A stretch of DNA of 64,000 nt from an uncultured Clostridia bacterium (GTDB taxonomy: Bacteria; Bacillota; Clostridia; TANB77; CAG-508): the NCBI GenBank assembly GCA_944391855.1, contig CALXVB010000005.1, positions 119 through 64,118 on the forward strand, in the 5' to 3' direction. Shown here piece by piece: positions 7,931-17,114 of the stretch (the stretch's first letter is position 1; each line of letters opens with the position of its first letter). Under the pieces are notes generated by a model. It was not told where the DNA came from and did no database searches. It saw only the letters and a program-made list of their open reading frames with translations. The position numbers and the translations under genes were made by a program.

Positions 7931-9400
7931 ATGGATATAACCAATTTAACAGTACATGAGCTTCAAGAAAAAATTAAAAGCAAAGAGTTAAGTATACTAG
8001 ATATAACTAAAGCATATGTAGAAAGAATAAATGAAAAAGAAAAAGAAGTAAAAGCATTTGTTACAACTACTTGTGATGAAGCAATAGACAAGGCTAAAGA
8101 GATAGAAAAAAAAGTAGAATCAGGAGAGATAAATAGTACTTTTGCAGGTACTCCAATAGGAATAAAAGACAACATGTGTACAAAAGGAGTAAGAACAACT
8201 TGTAGTTCTAAAATGCTAGAGAACTTTGTAGCACCATACAATGCTACAGTAGTAGAAAAGTTAAATGACGAAGGAATAATAAGCTTGGGAAAATTAAATA
8301 TGGATGAATTTGCAATGGGGGCATCTACAGAATATTCATATTTTAAGAAAACATGCAATCCTTGGAATTTAAATACGGTACCAGGAGGTTCTTCTGGAGG
8401 AAGTGCAGCAGCAGTTGCAGCAAATTTAGTACCATGGGCACTTGGTAGTGACACAGGAGGATCAATTCGTCAACCAGCATCTTTTTGTGGAGTTGTAGGA
8501 CTAAAACCAACGTATGGACTAGTTTCAAGATATGGTTTAGTAGCATTTGCATCATCACTTGACCAAATAGGACCAATCACAAAGGACGTAAGAGATGCAG
8601 CAATGTTATTAAATATAATTGCAGGTCATGATGAAAAAGATACAACGTCATACGATATTCCAAAGAAGGATTATACAAAAGCATTAAAAAATGACGTAAA
8701 AGGATTAAAAATAGGTATTCCTAAAGAATACTTTGGAGAAGGCATAAATGAAGAAGTTAAGAAAAAATTGGAAGAAGCAATAGAGATATACAAGAAGTTA
8801 GGTGCAGAAGTAGAAGAATTTTCATTAGATATAGCAGAATATGCACTAGCAACCTACTATATTATAGCTTGTGCTGAAGCTAGCTCAAATTTAGGAAGAT
8901 TTGATGGAATAAGATATGGATATAGAACAGAAAATTTTAGTAATTTAAGAGAGTTATATAGAAACTCAAGAAGCGAAGGATTTGGACCAGAAGTAAAAAG
9001 AAGAATTATACTTGGTACTTATGTACTTTCATCAGGATATTATGATGCATACTATAAAAAAGCACAACAAGTTCGTACATTAGTAAAAAAAGAATTTGAT
9101 AAAGCATTTGAAAAATATGACGTACTATTAACACCAACTTCACCAACAGTAGCATTTGAAATTGGAACAAGATCAGAAAATCCTTTAGAAATGTATTTAG
9201 CAGATATTTGCACTGTTTCTGTAAATATAGCAGGACTTCCAGGGATATCAGTACCATGTGGGGTAAATAGTGATAATATGCCTATAGGAATGCAATTAAT
9301 AGGAAATAAATTTGAGGAAGAGAAAATATTAAATGCAGCATATACATTTGAACAAGAGTACAAGTTTAGAGATAAATATAAACCTACTTTTTTGAAATAA
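7931..9400 (+). CDS. gatA: Asp/Glu-tRNA amidotransferase subunit A
   Basis: Amidase signature [24 protein letters not shown]. Confidence 0.95.
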   Translation: MDITNLTVHELQEKIKSKELSILDITKAYVERINEKEKEVKAFVTTTCDEAIDKAKEIEKKVESGEINSTFAGTPIGIKDNMCTKGVRTTCSSKMLENFVAPYNATVVEKLNDEGIISLGKLNMDEFAMGASTEYSYFKKTCNPWNLNTVPGGSSGGSAAAVAANLVPWALGSDTGGSIRQPASFCGVVGLKPTYGLVSRYGLVAFASSLDQIGPITKDVRDAAMLLNIIAGHDEKDTTSYDIPKKDYTKALKNDVKGLKIGIPKEYFGEGINEEVKKKLEEAIEIYKKLGAEVEEFSLDIAEYALATYYIIACAEASSNLGRFDGIRYGYRTENFSNLRELYRNSRSEGFGPEVKRRIILGTYVLSSGYYDAYYKKAQQVRTLVKKEFDKAFEKYDVLLTPTSPTVAFEIGTRSENPLEMYLADICTVSVNIAGLPGISVPCGVNSDNMPIGMQLIGNKFEEEKILNAAYTFEQEYKFRDKYKPTFLK

Positions 9401-9492
9401 TCAGCATTTGATAAATTTAATTTAATCAAATACTATTTTACCAAAAAAGAAAGATAGTAAAAAGAAACATAATTAGTTAAGGAGGAAATATA

Positions 9493-10935
9493 ATGGCAAA
9501 TGATTATGAAATGGTAATAGGTCTAGAAGTTCATAGTGAGCTTTCAACAAAAACAAAAATATTTTGCTCATGCTCTACTGAATTTGGTGGAGAGCCAAAC
9601 ACACACACTTGTCCAATATGTATGGCAATGCCTGGTACATTACCAGTATTAAATGAAAAAGTAGTAGAATATGCAGTAAAAGCAGGACTTGCTACAAATT
9701 GTGAAATATCAAAAGATAGTAAAAATGATAGAAAAAACTATTTTTATCCAGATACACCAAGAGCATACCAGATATCACAATATGATAAACCACTATGTGA
9801 ACATGGATATATAGAGATAGAAGATGATGCAGGAAATCCTAAAAAGATAGGAATTACAAGAATTCACATCGAAGATGATGCAGGAAAATTAAATCATAAT
9901 GAACTTGGTGGAGGAAGTTTAGTTGATTTAAATAGAGCTGGTGTTCCACTAATAGAGATAGTTTCTGAACCAGATTTAAGAACGGCTGGAGAGGTTGATA
10001 GATACTTAAAAAAATTAAAATCAATACTTGAATATATAGAAGTATCAGACTGTAAAATGCAAGAGGGTTCTTTTAGAGCAGATGTAAACGTTTCTGTACG
10101 TAAAAAAGGAGAAACTAAATTTGGCACTAGAACAGAAACAAAAAATATGAGTTCATTTAGAGCTATCACAAGAGAGATAGAATATGAAACAAATAGACAA
10201 ATAGAAATATTAGAAAAAGGTGGCAAGGTAGAACAAGAAACTTTAAGATGGGACGAAGTTTCAGGTAAAACATTTTCTATGAGAAATAAGGAAGACGCAC
10301 AAGACTACAGATACTTCCCAGAACCAGACTTAGTAGCAATTAGACTTTCAGAAGAATATATAGAAAATATAAAGAAAAACTTGCCAGAAATGCCTGAAAG
10401 CAGAAGAGCAAGATATATGGAAGAATTTAAATTATCAGAAAAAGATGCGAAATTATTAACAGCTTCAAAATATTTATCAAATATGTTTGAAGAAGCAGAA
10501 AAACTTTGTGGAAACCCAAAAGCAGTTGCAAACTGGCTTTTGTCAGATATATCAAGAATATTAAATGAAAAAGAACTAGAGCCAGACGGAATACCATTTA
10601 AAGCAGAACACCTAGCAAAATTAGTAGAACTAATAGACAAAGGTACAATAAGTTCTGCAATTGGTAAGAAAGTTGTAGAAGAACTATTTGAAAATCCAAA
10701 GAACCCAGAAGAAATAATTAAAGAAAAAGGCTGGATTCAAATATCAGACGAAGGTGCTATAAAAGAAGTAGTAGAAAAAGTAATAGCTGCTAATCCACAA
10801 TCAGTAGCAGATTACAAAGCTGGAAAAGATAAAGCAATAGGATTTTTAGTGGGTCAAGCAATGAAAGAAACAAAAGGAAAAGCAAACCCACAAATGTTAA
10901 ACAAAATGTTTATAGAAGAATTAAAAAAATCATAG
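9493..10935 (+). CDS. gatB: Asp/Glu-tRNA amidotransferase subunit B
   Basis: VIGLEVHSEL..KIFC, RIHIEDDAGK, C-terminal GatB/YqeY domain. Confidence 0.95.
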   Translation: MANDYEMVIGLEVHSELSTKTKIFCSCSTEFGGEPNTHTCPICMAMPGTLPVLNEKVVEYAVKAGLATNCEISKDSKNDRKNYFYPDTPRAYQISQYDKPLCEHGYIEIEDDAGNPKKIGITRIHIEDDAGKLNHNELGGGSLVDLNRAGVPLIEIVSEPDLRTAGEVDRYLKKLKSILEYIEVSDCKMQEGSFRADVNVSVRKKGETKFGTRTETKNMSSFRAITREIEYETNRQIEILEKGGKVEQETLRWDEVSGKTFSMRNKEDAQDYRYFPEPDLVAIRLSEEYIENIKKNLPEMPESRRARYMEEFKLSEKDAKLLTASKYLSNMFEEAEKLCGNPKAVANWLLSDISRILNEKELEPDGIPFKAEHLAKLVELIDKGTISSAIGKKVVEELFENPKNPEEIIKEKGWIQISDEGAIKEVVEKVIAANPQSVADYKAGKDKAIGFLVGQAMKETKGKANPQMLNKMFIEELKKS

Positions 10936-10943
10936 AAAATTAA

Positions 10944-11002
10944 AGATGTCACTTTGGTGCCTGGCACCAGAGTGACATCTTTGTCATGTTTGGGGACAGG
11001 TG
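10944..11002 (+). repeat. REP-like compound palindrome, family D, copy D2
   Basis: AGATGTCACTTTGGTGCC/TGGCACCAGAGTGACATCT palindrome followed by TTTGGGGACAGGT. Shares the GGTGCCTG, AGTGACAT and TTTGGGGACAGGT blocks with D1 in the same orientation. Confidence 0.7.
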
Positions 11003-11453
11003 TAATCTAAATATTTGTAGATTTATGTCGAATTTTGTTGTACGATTTTACTTGCAAAATGCTATGTTATATGCTTTAATATATGTGTAATTGTATCAAA
11101 TGCAAATTTTATTAATTTATAAACAAATATAAAAGTCCAAGATATTTTGATCTGTTCAAATTATAATCAAATGAATTTTATTTATAAAATCTATATCACC
11201 CCTATATATAATATAAATATTAGCAGATTCCTCTAAAGTATATTAAAGTTATACGAAAAAAATACGTTAATTAAATTAGAGTAATTTAATTTAATTTGAT
11301 TTTATTTTATTTAAAAGTTAATTTGGAAAAGAAATTTAGAAAGGAGTAAGTTATTTAGCATTGATACAATTATGATTTCATGAACATAAGACATAGCAAC
11401 TAATATTTAATTATTTATTAGTTGCTATATTTTTATTTATCGGTTATGTATAA

Positions 11454-11696
11454 TCAAAATTCCTTTTTTATAGTGTCAATTCCTATAGCGCATATAATAA
11501 AGAAAGCAATATAAAACAGACTTGTTTTAAAAAGACTTATTCCAGTATAAAATAAATTTAAATTATGTACAGAATGGTATAGACTTAATATGAAAGTAGA
11601 TAATAATAGAAGTACAAAACAGACTTTTAAGCCTATAAAAAGTACAGAAAGAATACTTTTATTTATACTTTTTAAATTAGAAATAATTAATTTCAT
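11454..11696 (-). CDS. Small hydrophobic membrane protein (80 aa), function unknown
   Basis: ATG at 11696 is preceded by the SD ggagga. Two or three predicted TM segments. The longer listed ORF start lacks an SD. Confidence 0.45.
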   Translation of the reverse strand: MKLIISNLKSINKSILSVLFIGLKVCFVLLLLSTFILSLYHSVHNLNLFYTGISLFKTSLFYIAFFIICAIGIDTIKKEF

Positions 11697-11919
11697 TATT
11701 TTATCCTCCATAAAAATAATAAAAGTACAAAATATAATAAACAGCAATTTATTTTATGTTAGCATATTATATAAAGAAAATCAAAGGAAGTTTTATCCAA
11801 GTTAATGTAATAAGAAATATAAATATCTAAAATAAAAATAAAAAGATTATGAAACAAATTCCATAATCTTTTTAAAATAAATTAATAAAAAACTGTGCAC
11901 AATTTTTTATTAGACTTTA

Positions 11920-12186
11920 CTATGCATTCATAGCATTTAATTTTTTAGCTAAATTAGATTTTTTTCTAGCTGCTGTATTTTTTACAATAACACCTTTTGT
12001 GCAGGCTTGATCTATTTTCTTTGTTGCTACTGAAAATAACTTTGTAGCTTCTTGAGCATCATTATTTGCTACAGCTTCTTCAAATCTTTTTACAGCTGTT
12101 TTATATTCAGATTTAATCATGTTATTTCTTAATGTTTTCTTTTCAATAACACTAACTCTTTTTATAGCTGATTTTATATTTGGCAT
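11920..12186 (-). CDS. rpsT: 30S ribosomal protein S20
   Basis: [11 protein letters not shown].. N-terminus. SD ggaggtg 6 nt upstream of ATG 12186. Confidence 0.95.
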   Translation of the reverse strand: MPNIKSAIKRVSVIEKKTLRNNMIKSEYKTAVKRFEEAVANNDAQEATKLFSVATKKIDQACTKGVIVKNTAARKKSNLAKKLNAMNA

Positions 12187-12423
12187 GTTTTGCACCTCCC
12201 TTTAAGCAAAGTAAAATATAACGTATAATAGTATATCACGAAAAAAGCAGTTTGGCAAGCTTTTAGCCAAAATTAATTATAGTACCTTAAATTTAAAACT
12301 AAAATCCGAAGAAAAGAAAAAAGGAATTTAACTTTTTATAAGGTATGACTTGAAAAATTAAGAAATACAATATATAATATAACCACATTACTAATGAACA
12401 ATATTTGGAAGGAGAGAGTAGTT

Positions 12424-12954
12424 ATGAATATAAAAATAACAAGCAAAGAATTAGAGGCAACAGAAGCAATAAAAGATTATATTGAGAAAAAAGCAGAAAG
12501 ATTAGTAAAATATTTTGGAGAAGAATTTGAAGTATATGCAACTATAAAAACAGAAGGAAATAACAAAGTTGCAGAAATGAGTATCAAAGCAGATACAGAA
12601 GATTTTAGAGCAGTAACAGCACATAAAGATTTATATGCTGCTATTGATAAAGATATTGATATACTAGAAGGTCAAGTAAGAAAAATGAAAACAAAAAAAG
12701 ATAAACAAAACATGACTGAATCAATAAGAGCAAAAGAAGCATTAAACAGTGAGGATACAGAAGTATCAAATGAAATAGTAAAGGTTATATACTATGATAT
12801 AAAACCTATGACACCAGAAGATGCAAAATTAAGACTTCAAGAGCAACCACAAAATAAATTTTTAGCATTTATAGATGTTGACACAGGAAAAACAAATGTA
12901 ATTTATAGATTAAAAGATAATAAAAATTTCGGATTAGTAGAACCAGAAGGATAG
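12424..12954 (+). CDS. hpf: Ribosome hibernation promoting factor, long form
   Basis: MNIKITSKELEATEAIKDYIEKK.. plus a C-terminal dimerisation domain. SD ggaaggagag before ATG 12424. Confidence 0.9.
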   Translation: MNIKITSKELEATEAIKDYIEKKAERLVKYFGEEFEVYATIKTEGNNKVAEMSIKADTEDFRAVTAHKDLYAAIDKDIDILEGQVRKMKTKKDKQNMTESIRAKEALNSEDTEVSNEIVKVIYYDIKPMTPEDAKLRLQEQPQNKFLAFIDVDTGKTNVIYRLKDNKNFGLVEPEG

Positions 12955-12969
12955 TAAAATACAATAGGA

Positions 12970-13014
12970 AAAAAGAAATCTTTTTAAAAATAAATTCTAA
13001 AAAGATTTCTTTTT
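12970..13014. terminator. Bidirectional terminator between hpf and the SASP gene
   Basis: Perfect 16-nt arms AAAAAGAAATCTTTTT / AAAAAGATTTCTTTTT. Confidence 0.75.
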
Positions 13015-13083
13015 TACGTGTAATAAGTAAAATATATAAGTATTAAACTAATATCTTTTACTAATATAAAATTTCACGCAAAA

Positions 13084-13284
13084 CTATTTCATTTGGCTTT
13101 CAGCTTGTTGGATTAATTTTCTAACCATTTGTCCACCTATTTTACCAGCATCTTTAGCTGATATATCTCCGTTATAACCTTGTTTTAAATTTACACCAAC
13201 TTCTGAAGCTACCTCGTATTTGAATTTTTCTAAAGCTTCTCTAGCTTCTGGAACAACTTTTGAATTGCTGTTTGAATATGCCAT
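13084..13284 (-). CDS. Alpha/beta-type small acid-soluble spore protein
   Basis: VPEAREALEKFKYEVASEVGV and GGQMVRKLIQQAE signatures. ATG 13284 sits 9 nt after ggaggtg. Confidence 0.9.
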   Translation of the reverse strand: MAYSNSNSKVVPEAREALEKFKYEVASEVGVNLKQGYNGDISAKDAGKIGGQMVRKLIQQAESQMK

Positions 13285-13520
13285 TATCATTCACCTCCTA
13301 GAATGTGATAATTTATTTTGTACTTTTGAAAAAGAATAACAACTTTTTCATTAAATATAATGCACAATAATTTTTAAAATAAACTGGAAATTTTTGAGAA
13401 AAAATATTGAATAGAAAAATTTAAATGGTATAATTTATTTAAAAATTATAAAACTAAATATAAATAAATTAATAAAAAGGAAAGGAGTATATATTATACT
13501 TATATAATATAAAAGAAAAT

Positions 13521-14387
13521 ATGTATAAATTAATAGCAATAGATTTAGACGGTACACTACTTAATTCTTATGGATTAATATCTGAAAAGAATAGAGAAAC
13601 AATAAAAAAAGCACAAGAAAATGGAGTGAAAATAGTATTAGCATCAGGAAGAACCACAAATTCAGTAAAAAGTTTGGCAGAAGAATTAGGCGGAAATGAA
13701 TATATAATTTGCGGAAATGGTTCTTTAATATATGATTTGAAAAAAGACGAAATAATATACGACAAATTTATAGATAAAAATAAAGCACTTCAAATTATAC
13801 AAATATGTGAACAAAATAGTATATACTATAATGTATATACGGAAGATATGGTTATAGCAAAGACACTAGATAATAATGTGCTATTTTACCATCAAGAAAA
13901 TTCTAACAAGCCAGATAGTAAAAAAACAAAAATTAACTTGGTTGATAATATATATGAGTATGTAAAAAATTTAGAAGGAAAAAATATTTTAAAATTCACA
14001 ATAAGTGATAAAAGTAGCATAATATTTAATAGTATAATAAAAAAATTGAGAAATATAAAAAATATAGACGTATTAGACGTAGCGCACATGTCAAGAAAAA
14101 TGATAAAATCAGGAACAGAAGCGGTATCACTTGAATATTATTATACAGAAATAACGAGTGAAAATGTAGATAAATGGAATGCAATAGAATGGCTTTCAGA
14201 AAAACTAGAAATAGAAAAAGAAGAAATAATGGCAATAGGTGACAATATAAACGACAAACTGATGATAGAAAATGCGGGACTAGGAGTTGCAATGGGAAAC
14301 AGTGATCCATTAATAAAAGAAATAGCAGACAAAACAGTTGCAAATAACAATGAAAATGGAGTAGCAGAAGCAATATTAAGTGAATAG
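13521..14387 (+). CDS. Cof-type HAD-IIB phosphatase
   Basis: IDLDGTLL motif I and GDNINDKLMIENAG motif IV. Confidence 0.85.
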   Translation: MYKLIAIDLDGTLLNSYGLISEKNRETIKKAQENGVKIVLASGRTTNSVKSLAEELGGNEYIICGNGSLIYDLKKDEIIYDKFIDKNKALQIIQICEQNSIYYNVYTEDMVIAKTLDNNVLFYHQENSNKPDSKKTKINLVDNIYEYVKNLEGKNILKFTISDKSSIIFNSIIKKLRNIKNIDVLDVAHMSRKMIKSGTEAVSLEYYYTEITSENVDKWNAIEWLSEKLEIEKEEIMAIGDNINDKLMIENAGLGVAMGNSDPLIKEIADKTVANNNENGVAEAILSE

Positions 14388-14488
14388 TCTGAAACAAAAC
14401 CAAAGAAATTTAGTAAGTATATATATGAAAAAAATACGCATAATATATATAACATATTATTTATGTATATATAGGAGGCGTATTTTTT

Positions 14489-14722
14489 ATGGAAAAAAAC
14501 GATAAAAACGAAGAGAAAATAAAGAATAAATTAGAAAATGAAAATAAAAATGTAAATAAGTATGATAATAACAATGGCAATACTAATTCAGAAAATATAG
14601 ATAGGAATGAGAACGTGGAAGACGTAACTAAGTATGGGGAATTTGTTTCTTCATATTTTGCTTGGCTTACACCAGAAAGACAAAAGAAAAGAGCTAAGGA
14701 AATAGATGATATGACCAAATAG
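14489..14722 (+). CDS. Small Lys/Asn/Glu-rich protein (77 aa), function unknown
   Basis: Good SD ataggagg 8 nt upstream. Low-complexity N-terminal half, then the conserved-looking tail YGEFVSSYFAWLTPERQKKRAKE. Confidence 0.4.
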   Translation: MEKNDKNEEKIKNKLENENKNVNKYDNNNGNTNSENIDRNENVEDVTKYGEFVSSYFAWLTPERQKKRAKEIDDMTK

Positions 14723-14750
14723 AAAATTTCGTGAATTTTTAGAAAAACTA

Positions 14751-14778
14751 TTGACTTTTACAAAAAAGATAGTATAAT
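14751..14778 (+). promoter_or_regulatory. Sigma-A promoter of the ctsR operon
   Basis: TTGACT (14751-14756) - 16 nt - TATAAT (14773-14778). Confidence 0.65.
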
Positions 14779-14787
14779 AACAATATA

Positions 14788-14810
14788 GGTCAAAGAAAGT
14801 CAAAGTCAAA
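14788..14810 (+). promoter_or_regulatory. CtsR operator (tandem heptad repeat)
   Basis: GGTCAAAgaaAGTCAAAGTCAAA matches the A/GGTCAAA-NAN-A/GGTCAAA CtsR box. It lies just downstream of the -10. Confidence 0.8.
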
Positions 14811-14869
14811 AAAGAAACGGAAAGATAAATAAAAAAACTATAAAATAGACAAATTGAGGAAGTGATAAA

Positions 14870-15319
14870 ATGAGGATGTCAGATATGATAGAAGAGTTTA
14901 TTAAAGAACTTTTTGATGATGAAGATTATATAGAAATACAAAGAAATGATTTAGCAGAACATTTTAATTGTGTTCCTTCGCAAATTAATTACGTTATATC
15001 AACTAGATTTAAACCATCACAAGGATATTATGTAGAAAGCAAAAGAGGTGGAGGAGGGCACATAAGTATAAAAAAAATAAATACTACAAAAAGTAATTAT
15101 TTAATGCATACAATTTCAAGTATAGGAAATAAGCTTACTTCACAAGAAGTTGATATTTTTATAAGCAATTTTCTATCATATGAAGTTGTAACAAAAAAAG
15201 AAGCAAAACTTTTGAAGGTTGCAACAAGTGATAATGTACTAAATGTACCTCAAAATATTAAAGACGAACTACGAGCAAGAATTTTTAAAAACATGCTTAT
15301 AAATCTAGTAGAAGACTAA
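14870..15319 (+). CDS. ctsR: Class III stress gene repressor CtsR
   Basis: LAEHFNCVPSQINYVISTRF..GYYVESKRGGGG. Confidence 0.95.
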   Translation: MRMSDMIEEFIKELFDDEDYIEIQRNDLAEHFNCVPSQINYVISTRFKPSQGYYVESKRGGGGHISIKKINTTKSNYLMHTISSIGNKLTSQEVDIFISNFLSYEVVTKKEAKLLKVATSDNVLNVPQNIKDELRARIFKNMLINLVED

Positions 15320-15428
15320 AAGCACAAAAGAAAAGCAAAAAATAAAAGAAAATAAAATTGATAGCATATACTTAAAAGTGCATGCTAAGAAAATCCATAT
15401 TTAGTAATTAAAAAAGGAGTTGATTTTT

Positions 15429-16007
15429 ATGTTATGTCAAAATTGTGGAAAAAATGAAGTTACTTTTAGATATACTCAAGTTATAAACGGTGTAAAAAAG
15501 GAGATGAACCTTTGCGATAATTGCGCAAAAGAGCTAGGATTAAAGGACATTAATTTTAATATGCCTATTAGCTTTTCTAGCTTTTTAAGCGATTTCTTTA
15601 ATGAATATAATGATAATTTATTACCAAGTTTTATCGGTACTAAAGAGAAGAAATGTAATAGCTGTGGCACTACATTTGACAATTTTGTAAATACTGCTGA
15701 ATTCGGTTGTGGTAATTGCTATGATATATTTGAAAATAGAATTTCATCAATTCTTAAAAATTTACAAGGTGCAAATAGACATATAGGAAGAGGATATAAA
15801 GAGATCATGCCAAAGGCAGACAGTGAAGAACAAACTGCCCAAAAGGTAAGCAGTAAAGAGAAAAAGGAGACAAAATTAGAAAAATTACAAAAAGATTTGC
15901 AAAAAGCAATTAAAGATGAAAGATACGAAGATGCAGCTAAAATTCGTGACGAAATAAAGAAAATAGAAAATTCTAAAAAAGATAAAGAAAATAAAAAAGA
16001 AGAATAA
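15429..16007 (+). CDS. mcsA: Protein arginine kinase activator McsA
   Basis: CQNCG..CDNCA and CNSCG..CGNC zinc motifs, plus the UVR motif YEDAAKIRDEIKK. ATG 15429 sits 9 nt after aaggag. Confidence 0.9.
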   Translation: MLCQNCGKNEVTFRYTQVINGVKKEMNLCDNCAKELGLKDINFNMPISFSSFLSDFFNEYNDNLLPSFIGTKEKKCNSCGTTFDNFVNTAEFGCGNCYDIFENRISSILKNLQGANRHIGRGYKEIMPKADSEEQTAQKVSSKEKKETKLEKLQKDLQKAIKDERYEDAAKIRDEIKKIENSKKDKENKKEE

Positions 16008-16041
16008 AAATTATACAAAACAATAAAAAGGAGAGATGAAA

Positions 16042-17058
16042 ATGGCAAATTGGTATTTACAAAATGGAAAAGACTCAGATATTGTAATAAGCTCAAGAGT
16101 TAGATTATCTAGAAATTTAAATGGATATAATTTTTTAAATAGCTGCTCTATAGAAAAACAAGAAGAAATATTAAATAAGATAAAAGAAATAGTACCAAGC
16201 TTAGGTTATGGATTAAAATACATAGAATTAGACGATTTAGATGATATAACTAAATTAAGCTTAGTAGAAAAGCGTTTAGTAAGTCCAGAATTTGTGATAA
16301 ATAATAAAAACAAAAAAGCAATAATAATAAATGAAGAAGAAAATATTTGCTTTATGCTAAACGAAGATGATCATATAAAACTACAAGTATTTAGTAGTGG
16401 GCAAGAACTTGAAAACTTAATGAACTTAGCTATAGAATTAGACGAAAAATTAGGAGAAACCATAGATTATGCGTATAATAAAAATTTTGGATTTTTAACA
16501 GCTTCTCCAGTAAATATAGGAACAGGACTAAAAGCTTCAGTTATAGTTCACTTACCAGCACTAACTCTAACTGGTAATTTATCAAAAGTACTAAGAATAG
16601 TAAATAATCTTGGAATGAGTATAAGAGGAGTGTATGGTGAAGGTACTCAAAACCATGGGGACTTATACCAAATATCAAATAATCAAACAATAGGAATAAC
16701 AGAAAAAGAAATAATTGCTAATGTAAAAAATATTACAGAAAAAATAATAGAGCAGGAAAGAACAGCAAGAAAATATTTATGTAAAAACGAAATTGAGTTA
16801 AAAGATTTAGTATATAGGGCATTTGGAATTCTTACAAATTGTTTTAAAATTAATTCAGAAGAATGTAGAAAACTTCTATCTGAAGTAAAAATGGGTGTGG
16901 ATTTAGGAATACTTAATGAAATAAACGATAGTCAAGTAAAAAAGTTGGAAATATATACTAAAACAGGAAATTTACAAAAATATTTAGGCAAAACTTTAGA
17001 TGGATATGAACGAGAAATAAAAAGAGCAGAAGTAATTAAGCAAATTGTAAAGGAATAA
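16042..17058 (+). CDS. mcsB: Protein arginine kinase McsB
   Basis: ATP:guanido phosphotransferase motifs (NEDDHIKLQ, GTGLKASV). ATG 16042 has better SD spacing than 16036. Confidence 0.9.
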   Translation: MANWYLQNGKDSDIVISSRVRLSRNLNGYNFLNSCSIEKQEEILNKIKEIVPSLGYGLKYIELDDLDDITKLSLVEKRLVSPEFVINNKNKKAIIINEEENICFMLNEDDHIKLQVFSSGQELENLMNLAIELDEKLGETIDYAYNKNFGFLTASPVNIGTGLKASVIVHLPALTLTGNLSKVLRIVNNLGMSIRGVYGEGTQNHGDLYQISNNQTIGITEKEIIANVKNITEKIIEQERTARKYLCKNEIELKDLVYRAFGILTNCFKINSEECRKLLSEVKMGVDLGILNEINDSQVKKLEIYTKTGNLQKYLGKTLDGYEREIKRAEVIKQIVKE

Positions 17059-17066
17059 ATTAAAAT

Positions 17067-17096
17067 TTACAAAATGGGTCCGTCCCCTTTTGTAAA
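17067..17096 (-). repeat. REP-like hairpin, family A, copy A3 (solo, intercistronic between mcsB and clpC)
   Basis: TTTACAAAA-TGGGTCCGTCCCC-TTTTGTAAA. Same stem as A2 and same GTCCCC loop end. Confidence 0.7.
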
Positions 17097-17114
17097 AAAA
17101 GGAGTGTGATAATT

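Noticed and set aside
7963-9429. Several 77-163-aa minus-strand ORFs inside gatA
   Set aside because: All are antisense to the amidase-signature gene, and none has a start context.
11003-11453. Hidden gene or RNA in the 450-nt AT-rich gap after gatB (SD-like aaaggag at 11340 and a hairpin at 11392-11436)
   Set aside because: No start codon lies at a workable distance from the SD-like sequence. No conserved RNA core is recognised. The hairpin alone is explained as a terminator. It is left unannotated.
12196-12423. raiA-motif RNA upstream of hpf
   Set aside because: The leader is AT-rich and shows none of the GC-rich paired elements expected for that motif.
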